This document shows, one piece after another, positions 57,219 to 64,000 of a DNA stretch of 64,000 nucleotides. The position numbers and the translations under genes are program-made. Each line of letters begins with the position of its first letter. Position 1 is the stretch's first letter. Location of the stretch: NCBI GenBank assembly GCA_965200315.1, contig OZ241362.1, positions 4,800,001 to 4,864,000 of the forward strand, written 5' to 3'. The notes beneath the pieces are model-generated. The model was not told the DNA's origin. It worked only from the letters and a program-made list of their open reading frames with translations, and made no database searches. Source of the stretch: Candidatus Latescibacterota bacterium (GTDB lineage Bacteria > Latescibacterota > UBA2968 > UBA8231).

Positions 57219-58949
57219 GTGATCTATCGCATCGTACTGCTCGCGTTGTTCGCGTCCTGCGAATCCGCCCAAGAAGCGCCGCTCGTCCCCTACGAGAGCC
57301 CGCATGGACTGGTGGTACTGAAGGCGGCGCGGATCGATTTTGCGGAAGATGGCGAAGAGGCGGTTGCAGCGCAGGCGCATTTTGCTGCGGGCGGAGAGCA
57401 TCTCGACGAGGGACGTTGCGATGCGGCGGCGGCGAGCTATTTGCAGGCTGCGGCGCGGCGGCCGTCGCCAGCGGTCTGGCTCAATGCGGGAGTCGCGTTG
57501 CTGTGCGATGGGGAGTATGAAAAGGCCGGGGAAGTGCTGGCAAAGGGACTGGAGCTTGCGGCGACACGAGAAGAGGTCCAAGCCGCTTTGCTGGGCAATC
57601 TGGGCCAAGCTCATCAGCACCTAGGGAGCATCGGCTCGGCATTGGTGCTCTACCAAGGCGCGGTGGCGCTGCACCGGCAGAGCGGCTTTGCCGCTGGCGA
57701 GGCCCAAGCGCTGGGCGATTTGGGTGCGGCTTATTTCATGCAGGGCGATTTAGGGCCAGCGTTAGAATTCCTAAAGCAGGCCCGGGACGGGCATCGGCAG
57801 ATCGGCGACCGCCTCGGGCAGGCGCGAGACCTCGACCGCCTCGGCACTGTTTACTTCGTCCGGGGTGCGGCGGATTCGGCATTGGCGACCTTCACAGAGG
57901 CGCTCGCGTTCTACCGGGACGAGGGGTATCTGCATGGCCAAGCCGGTGGCCTGACGAATATCGGCAACATCCATCTAGATGAAGGGCGGCTCGATTCGGC
58001 GCATCTTTATTTTTCCTCAGGACTGGCCATCCTTGAGCGCCTAGCTGACGACGCGGCCCGCGCAGTCCAGCTAGCGAGGATTGGACAAATCTACCAGCAG
58101 CAGGACGATCTAGAGGCCGCGTTGGTCGCCTACCGAGAGGCGCTTGCTATACATCAGGCGCGAGAAAAGGTGGATAGCCAAGCCGAGATGCGCGACCGCA
58201 TGGCGTGCATTTTTTTTCAGCAGGGCCGTTTGGATTCGGCGCTGGCTGCCTATCAGTCGGCGCTCGCGCTCTATCGGCGCTACGATAGCCACCCCGGCGA
58301 GCGGGCGCAGGCATTGGACCACATTGGCGATGTGCATCTGTATCAGGGCCGTTTGGATTCGGCGCTTTCTGCCTTTGAAGCGGCGCTGGAGATTTACGTT
58401 GCCCACGGCCATCCGCGCGGCAGAGCGGTCCAGTCGAGCAAGATCGGTCAAGTGCTGCAAAAGCAGGGCCGGCGCGACGAGGCGATAGAAGCCCATCGCG
58501 CGGCACTATCGCTGTACCGCGAATTCGATCTCTACGCCGAGGGAGCTACCCAGCTCGACTACATCGGCCACGTCTATTTCCGCCAAGGCAAAATCGACGC
58601 AGCGCTCGCCTCCTTTGAGAGTGCTCTGCACGTCTTCACGCAAGCGGGCGACCGCCAAGGCGAGGCCGCGCAACTGAGCAACATCGGCAACATCTACTTT
58701 GAGCAGGGCCGCTTGAACGAGGCGCTCAAGGCATTTGGCGACGCCCGGCACGTTTTTCAGTTGATCGGACACCGACAAGGGACAGCGCAGAGCTTGGGCA
58801 ATATCGGATTGGTGTATCGCAAAAAAGGCGAGCAGGCACGGGCACTGGAGGTGCTGCAACAGGCGTGCGCTGCGTATGCCGAGATTGGGGTGCGGAGCGA
58901 GGGGTGGCAGACGGTGGAAGCGGCGATTTCGGCAATCGCTGGGCGTTAG
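57219..58949 (+). CDS. TPR lipoprotein
   Basis: Lipobox 'FASC'; repeated 'NIGNI..QGRLD.AL' TPR_12-type units. Confidence 0.85.
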   Translation: MIYRIVLLALFASCESAQEAPLVPYESPHGLVVLKAARIDFAEDGEEAVAAQAHFAAGGEHLDEGRCDAAAASYLQAAARRPSPAVWLNAGVALLCDGEYEKAGEVLAKGLELAATREEVQAALLGNLGQAHQHLGSIGSALVLYQGAVALHRQSGFAAGEAQALGDLGAAYFMQGDLGPALEFLKQARDGHRQIGDRLGQARDLDRLGTVYFVRGAADSALATFTEALAFYRDEGYLHGQAGGLTNIGNIHLDEGRLDSAHLYFSSGLAILERLADDAARAVQLARIGQIYQQQDDLEAALVAYREALAIHQAREKVDSQAEMRDRMACIFFQQGRLDSALAAYQSALALYRRYDSHPGERAQALDHIGDVHLYQGRLDSALSAFEAALEIYVAHGHPRGRAVQSSKIGQVLQKQGRRDEAIEAHRAALSLYREFDLYAEGATQLDYIGHVYFRQGKIDAALASFESALHVFTQAGDRQGEAAQLSNIGNIYFEQGRLNEALKAFGDARHVFQLIGHRQGTAQSLGNIGLVYRKKGEQARALEVLQQACAAYAEIGVRSEGWQTVEAAISAIAGR

Positions 58950-58952
58950 GAA

Positions 58953-59274
58953 CTAATGGGCCGAGGAAGAAAGGGAGAGGCGGTTGAGGTAGATCGGGAT
59001 GGGCGCGGCGTCCCCTTCGCGAATGCGGACGATCTGGTCCATGGCGAGGTTGTGGAAACTGTTTGCGATTGTGATTTTGTGCTTTGGCTAGCTGCTCTCG
59101 CAAGTAGGCAGCGCTGGCGGCGTTCATGTTCAGGGTGTTGATATGGGTCGGGACTTGGGAGCGGACTTCGCTGGCGAGTTGCCTCAGGCGAGCGGCCATG
59201 CGCTCAAAAGCGGATTGCCGGGCTTGGGAGGATGCTGGGCAGAGCGCGAGGAGGAGTAAGACGATCAATAGCAT
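58953..59274 (-). pseudogene. Collapsed remnant of a secreted CRTAC1/ASPIC-like gene (N-terminal ~70 aa fused out of frame to a C-terminal ~35 aa)
   Basis: Signal peptide 'MLLIVLLLLALCPASSQA'. After '...HNRKQ' a shifted frame reads 'FHNLAMDQIVRIREGDAAPIPIYL...*', which resembles ASPIC/UnbV C-termini. Confidence 0.45.
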
Positions 59275-59316
59275 GATTTTGAAGATGTCTAGGCCGCGAT
59301 ACTTTTCAAAAATACA

Positions 59317-59345
59317 TTGACAACATAAGGGCCATTTGTTATGAC
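59317..59345 (+). promoter_or_regulatory. Sigma70-like promoter
   Basis: TTGACA-17 bp-TATGAC with an extended TG, upstream of 59449. Confidence 0.45.
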
Positions 59346-59448
59346 TAACAGCTTACTTTACTTAATGAATGCGATTCAAAGAGCGCCTCGAATATGGGCG
59401 CGAAAATTTTATCAAAGCAACCCCCATTTTAGGAGAAGGAGATAAGCG

Positions 59449-60393
59449 ATGAGGAAACTAGTGACGCTGAGTGTGGCCGTATCACTTTTGGGGCTGAGCT
59501 CGCCTTCTTTTGCGCATGTGCCCGAGGGGCTGATCTTGGGAGTCTGGCAGTGGCCTACGTCGCATCTGCCGGTGATGGATGGCGATATTTCCGAGTGGGA
59601 TGTAGTGCCCGACAATTTGTGGCTCACGCCGTTCAGCGAATTCAACGGCGAGCTCCTGCACGTGGTGGTGGCCGGCGAGGTTGGGGCCGAGGTCAATACT
59701 GCGGATCTAAACTTCCGCTGGACTTCGGGCTGGAACGACGAGCTGGACCGCCTCTATTTCGTCTATGACCGCTTCGACGATCTGTGGGATCGCGACGCCG
59801 GCGGCGTGGGGGGTGCTGGCGGCGACGACAGCTTTGAGATCAACCTCGACGCCAACCACGGCGGCGATGTCTCGTGGTTTGGCGCCGACGATTTCGACAC
59901 CGAGGAGGAAGTGTTGCGCAACCGGGGCCGCCTCAACCAGATGAGCCACTACCGCTGGCCGCCAATGGAGCCGATTGGCTGGAACTGGCTTTGGGCCTCG
60001 AGCGCCACTTGGCACGACGCCGAGCCCTATTCGTGCTGCGGTAATTCCTTCAATCTCAACGGCGCGCACGCCACTGAGGCGACCTTCCAAGCCGAGTGGT
60101 GGACCGTGGGCTGGGACGACTTCGACCACGCGTCGCCCGAAAACAGCGTCCAGCACGCCTTCAGCGAAAACGACATCATCGGTTTGGGCATCTCGATCAT
60201 CGACAACGATGTAGGCACCGACAACGAGACCGACCGCCGCTTTGCTGCTTGGCGCATGGGCGGTGCGCGCTGCGGCAACGGCGACGGCAAGTGCATCACC
60301 GACTTCATCTTGCTGCCGGCGCAGATGGAGCTTTTGCCGACCGCTGTCGAGAACGATAGCTGGGGCCACATCAAGGCTTCGTACATGCAGTAG
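59449..60393 (+). CDS. Secreted CBM9/DOMON-like protein with a C-terminal TAVE..SWGxIK motif
   Basis: Strong RBS, signal peptide (SFA-H), 'PVMDGDISEW', 'WND..DRLY', 'DSFEI.LD', 'IIGL.I.I.D.D'; ends PTAVENDSWGHIKASYMQ. Confidence 0.75.
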   Translation: MRKLVTLSVAVSLLGLSSPSFAHVPEGLILGVWQWPTSHLPVMDGDISEWDVVPDNLWLTPFSEFNGELLHVVVAGEVGAEVNTADLNFRWTSGWNDELDRLYFVYDRFDDLWDRDAGGVGGAGGDDSFEINLDANHGGDVSWFGADDFDTEEEVLRNRGRLNQMSHYRWPPMEPIGWNWLWASSATWHDAEPYSCCGNSFNLNGAHATEATFQAEWWTVGWDDFDHASPENSVQHAFSENDIIGLGISIIDNDVGTDNETDRRFAAWRMGGARCGNGDGKCITDFILLPAQMELLPTAVENDSWGHIKASYMQ

Positions 60394-60420
60394 CAGTCCT
60401 CGTAGTTTGCGGATTTGATA

Positions 60421-60459
60421 GGGAGGTGGATCAATGGCGATCCGCCTCCCTTATTTTTT
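60421..60459 (+). terminator. Rho-independent terminator
   Basis: GGGAGGTGGATC-AATGGC-GATCCGCCTCCC followed by TTATTTTTT. Confidence 0.75.
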
Positions 60460-60468
60460 AAAGGTGCT

Positions 60469-62121
60469 ATGATGCGGAGAAAAGTTCTCGCCCTGTTGGC
60501 GTTTTTCGCCTGCATCAGTGCTGTGTATGCCCTCGCCGAGCGGCAGGTGCGGAAGATGCAGGCGACCGAGGCGGAGCTGCGTATCGACTGGGATGCGGTG
60601 GTCGATGACCCAGCGGAGCGGCTCGAGATCTCTTGGATGAGCATCCCGCGCTTTCCCACTGCTCGCGAGGGCACCTCGATCGAAAAGCGGCTCGAAGCGC
60701 GGTTCAATGTGGATTTCAAGCCGCTGTTTACCAGTCATTTTGCCTATATGCGCCGCCGGCCGCTGGTCTTTGCCGGCGGCAATGTGCCCGACTTGTTCTA
60801 CGCCGGCGATCCGGTGGTGGTGCAAAAGGACGCCCACCACGGCTATGCGCTGCCCATTCCCTACGAGGTCATCCAAAAACACGCGCCTAACTACGTGCGC
60901 TATCTCAACGAGTATGCCCCCGCGGCGTGGCTCTACGCCTACTGGAAGGGGGCCAACTACGGCATTCCCACTTGGGGCAGCAGCCTCGGCTATCCAGTGC
61001 CGGGGATTTGGCGAATGGACTGGCTGCGCAACGTCGGTATCGACAAGGTGCCGGCAACCCTCGATGAGATGTACGCGGCGCTGTGGAAGTTTCGCCACGA
61101 GGACCCGGATGGCAATGGGCTACAGGACACCTACGGCATGTGTCCCAACGCGCAGGCTTGGTTCAATGTCTTCGGCGAGGTCTTCGGGGCCTATGGGATT
61201 GTGCCGCACGGCTGGATGCTGCGCGATGGCGAGGTCGTGTGGGGCGGGACCCGGCCCGAGGTGAAAGAAATCTTGGGCCTTTTGCGCCAGTGGTACGCCG
61301 ACGGGCTGATTGACCCCGACTTTGCGATCGGCCAAATCAAGAGCAGCCCAATACCCTACCAGAAATTCGTCAGCGGCAAGACGGGATACCTCTTCAGCCA
61401 CGGCGGCTATAGCAGCTTTGACCAGTACAACAAGGCATCGTTGGTGTCGGTCATTGCCGAGTTGCAGCCGGGTGCCGAGGTGGTGGTCGGGCCGTTTCCG
61501 GCTGGTCCAGAAGGCATCCGTGGGGCGCGGGTGTGGAGCACGGCCGCCCATGTTTTTGTCTTTGGCAAGCAGGTAGCGGCCGCGCCTGAGAAGGTCGTGC
61601 GGATGCTCAAAATTTTCGAGGCACTAGCTGTTGAGGAAAAGCTTTTTGTGGAGGTGCGGATGGGCCAGCGGGGCGTGCATTGGGAGTTCGACGCCGAGCG
61701 CGGCCTGTACCATTTGCCGCCCTACGACGACCGCAATGTTGCCAGCAAGCATCTGACCGTGTTGAACGTCGATGGCCCGGGCGGCTTTTTTGCGCCCTGC
61801 GGGGTCCGGCCCGCCATTGCCGACAAGTACTTGCCGCCGGCGATGCTGCAACACCGCGAGCGCTATCAGCGCACCGAGTGGGCGCAGGCCGGCCTTTTTG
61901 GCAAGCCGGACGTGGTGCCCTCGTCGATTAAGCATCTGCGCGACTTGCGCAATTTGCAGATGACGGTTTACGCCGAAATTGTGCGCGGCGAGCGCGACCT
62001 CGACTATTTCGACTATTTTGTGGCCGAGTGGATGGAGCGGGGTGGGGCGGAGATGACCCAAGAGGCGCGGGAAATCTACAAGGTGCGCGAGGAGATTTAC
62101 CGGAAGGTAGGGTTGGATTAA
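60469..62121 (+). CDS. Extracellular solute-binding protein (family 1, LplA-like)
   Basis: 'R.DWL..VG...P.TLDE.Y.AL..F...DPDGNG..DTYG', 'WYADGLIDPDF' and 'FD.FV.EW...GG'. Confidence 0.88.
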   Translation: MMRRKVLALLAFFACISAVYALAERQVRKMQATEAELRIDWDAVVDDPAERLEISWMSIPRFPTAREGTSIEKRLEARFNVDFKPLFTSHFAYMRRRPLVFAGGNVPDLFYAGDPVVVQKDAHHGYALPIPYEVIQKHAPNYVRYLNEYAPAAWLYAYWKGANYGIPTWGSSLGYPVPGIWRMDWLRNVGIDKVPATLDEMYAALWKFRHEDPDGNGLQDTYGMCPNAQAWFNVFGEVFGAYGIVPHGWMLRDGEVVWGGTRPEVKEILGLLRQWYADGLIDPDFAIGQIKSSPIPYQKFVSGKTGYLFSHGGYSSFDQYNKASLVSVIAELQPGAEVVVGPFPAGPEGIRGARVWSTAAHVFVFGKQVAAAPEKVVRMLKIFEALAVEEKLFVEVRMGQRGVHWEFDAERGLYHLPPYDDRNVASKHLTVLNVDGPGGFFAPCGVRPAIADKYLPPAMLQHRERYQRTEWAQAGLFGKPDVVPSSIKHLRDLRNLQMTVYAEIVRGERDLDYFDYFVAEWMERGGAEMTQEAREIYKVREEIYRKVGLD

Positions 62122-62444
62122 ATGAGGTCATCCACCGGCACCTGCAACGCCTTGGCGAGCGCGGCCAACTGTTTTATCGAGAATTTCACAGGCCCGAGAA
62201 AGGCGTGACTTATGAAGGAGATGTTTTATGGCTACAGTTGACACTACAACACATGGATTGGCTGCGGAAGAGCGCGAAAAGTATGCAAAAGACGGGTTCT
62301 TTATTCGCTCAGCCGCCTTCGACATTTATGAGTGAGATTGATGCACTGCGCGACAGCATCGAAGCCCTCGTAGAATTCATCGAGACCTCTGACGTGTTGA
62401 GAGAAAAATTGACAGAAGACGATATTCGGATTTCGGAGCCGTAG
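62122..62444 (+). other. Possible 3' fragment of an unknown AT-richer gene
   Basis: Open frame ending 62444 with protein-like composition but no convincing start. Confidence 0.3.
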
Positions 62445-62515
62445 CAGCCAAGGTCGGAATAGCCCAATGTCGTCGGCGAAGATGAGGACGCCTAGAGAGC
62501 CAATGAGGTATCATA

Positions 62516-63955
62516 ATGAATGTACTGCACATCCTATCCGATCAGCACCAAGCGGCCTGTATGGGCTGCGAAGGCCACGCGCAGGCGCTGACGCCCAACA
62601 TGGATCGGCTGGCCAATGAGGGCATGCGCTTTTCAGGGGCGTATACCCAAAATCCGATCTGCACTCCCAGCCGCATGAGCATGTACACGGGACAGTACTG
62701 CCACAACCACGGCTTCTTCGGTTTGGGTGGGCCGCGTCCGAAGGGGATGCAGAGTTTCCTCGGCCATTTTAAGCAGCACGGCTACAAGACGGCGGTTATT
62801 GGCAAGACGCACGTGCCCAACCAGCCGCGCGATTGGCTGTTGGATCACGTTGACTACTGGATGTCTGGGACCTCGACGCCGGTGCCGGCTGCGGGCGGTC
62901 TGTCGCCGTATCAAACGTTTCTGGCGGGTGCCGGTCTGTTGCAGCAAAACGACAACTTCCGCATCACTGGCTATCCGGCCCCCCACCCGGTTGGCCTGCC
63001 GCAGAACCAGTTCCGCGCCCGGCCGTCGGAGTTGCCGCTGGAGTACAATGTCGAGAGCTGGTGCGTGGAGCGGGCGATTGAATTTATGGACGGGTGCGAA
63101 GGTGAACCCTTCTGTATGCAGGTCTCGTTGCCGCGACCGCACGCGCCCTATACGCCAGATCAGAAGTTCTGGGATAGGTATGCAGACGACATTGCGTTGC
63201 CGGAGACCTATTACCAAGAGCCGTCGGGACGCCCGCCGCACTTCCGCGACATGTACGCCCGGTTCCAGCGAGCTTGGGACGGGGAGGCTTGGTCGCCGGA
63301 GGAAGGGGCGCGCAACATCTGGCGCGGCTATCTGGGCTGCGTGACGCAGGTTGACTACTGCATTGGCCGCCTTTTGGACTACCTTGACGAACGCGGCTTG
63401 GCTGAAGATACGATCGTCGTCTATAACTCCGACCACGGCGCGTACAGCACGGCTTTTGGCATTCAGGAAAAGGCCCCCGGGATATGCTCGGAGGCGGTGT
63501 GTCGGGTGCCGATGCTCTGGCGGGTGCCGGGTGTTGCGGTTGCGGACCGGGTTTGCGATGCCTTGGTGGAAAACGTCGATTTGGCCCCGACGTTTATGAA
63601 CCTCTGTGGTCTGCCGGCGATGGAGGGCATGGACGGTGCCGATATCAGCGGACTTTTGCGGGGCGGCACGGAGCCTGTGCATGAGGTGGCAGTCACCGAG
63701 CACCGGCACAGCAAGGCGCTGCGCTGGGATAAATGGCGCTATGTCCACTATCAGCCGGAGGATTTCGGGGACGACTGCGGCGAGCTCTACGACCTAGAGG
63801 CCGATCCGCACGAGGCTCGCAATTTGTACGGCGAGCAGGCATACCAAGAGATCGTCGAGCAATGCGAGAAACGCCTATGCCACTGGTTGATCTCGAGTCG
63901 GCAGTATCGCACGGCATTTTCGGTGGGGGCGTGGAATGAGACTAATTATGTCTGA
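62516..63955 (+). CDS. Sulfatase (Cys-type)
   Basis: 'NVLHILSDQH', 'CTPSRMSMYTG', 'GKTH', 'PHAPY', 'SDHG' and 'ELYDLEADPHE..NL'. Confidence 0.92.
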   Translation: MNVLHILSDQHQAACMGCEGHAQALTPNMDRLANEGMRFSGAYTQNPICTPSRMSMYTGQYCHNHGFFGLGGPRPKGMQSFLGHFKQHGYKTAVIGKTHVPNQPRDWLLDHVDYWMSGTSTPVPAAGGLSPYQTFLAGAGLLQQNDNFRITGYPAPHPVGLPQNQFRARPSELPLEYNVESWCVERAIEFMDGCEGEPFCMQVSLPRPHAPYTPDQKFWDRYADDIALPETYYQEPSGRPPHFRDMYARFQRAWDGEAWSPEEGARNIWRGYLGCVTQVDYCIGRLLDYLDERGLAEDTIVVYNSDHGAYSTAFGIQEKAPGICSEAVCRVPMLWRVPGVAVADRVCDALVENVDLAPTFMNLCGLPAMEGMDGADISGLLRGGTEPVHEVAVTEHRHSKALRWDKWRYVHYQPEDFGDDCGELYDLEADPHEARNLYGEQAYQEIVEQCEKRLCHWLISSRQYRTAFSVGAWNETNYV

Positions 63956-64000
63956 AATCTACGACCATTATCAGCTTTTCGATCTGGAAACAGACCCCAG
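63948..64000 (+). CDS. Start of the next ORF (partial), sulfatase C-terminal-like peptide
   Basis: ATG 63948 gives MSEIYDHYQLFDLETDP, running off the window. Confidence 0.3.
   Translation, partial: MSEIYDHYQLFDLETDP

Noticed and set aside
62633-63748. Long antisense ORFs (also 23147-24052, 34565-35362 and 8412-9149)
   Set aside because: Shadow ORFs opposite well-supported genes, expected in GC-rich DNA.
1-64000. CRISPR array, tRNA, rRNA
   Set aside because: No regularly spaced repeats or recognisable structural RNA signatures were seen.

Overview
GC-rich bacterial chromosome segment. The gene content suggests a diderm, glycan/sulfate-scavenging organism of the Latescibacterota/Poribacteria-like type (inference): sulfatases, PhyH dioxygenases, TPR proteins, a CRTAC1/FG-GAP protein, FlgD-Ig C-terminal domains, a DUF6785-type transporter and a C-terminal 'TAVE..SWGxIK' motif. 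Left part (2.4-27.5 kb): catabolic genes interleaved with defence and mobile cassettes. These include a 3.6-kb IS1595-family transposon with 24-bp TIRs that carries a type II RM system and a P63C gene and has split a sulfatase at about codon 9, an ART-like two-gene pair, an ABC-type ATPase plus partner, a higBA relic, a type IIG RM fusion and an MNT-HEPN pair. Right part (about 35.8-56.2 kb, minus strand): a tightly coupled ~20-kb envelope operon of unknown function. It encodes a giant TPR protein, a membrane-anchored DUF4159 protein, an AgmX/PglI-domain lipoprotein, a small lipoprotein, three paralogous ~900-aa probable outer-membrane proteins with conserved Asp-rich Ca-binding-like repeats, and two paralogous lectin/discoidin + FlgD-Ig proteins with T9SS-type-B-like tails. 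This operon is the best candidate for an undescribed system. No rRNA, tRNA or CRISPR array was recognised. All family calls come from motif recognition by eye, not from database searches.
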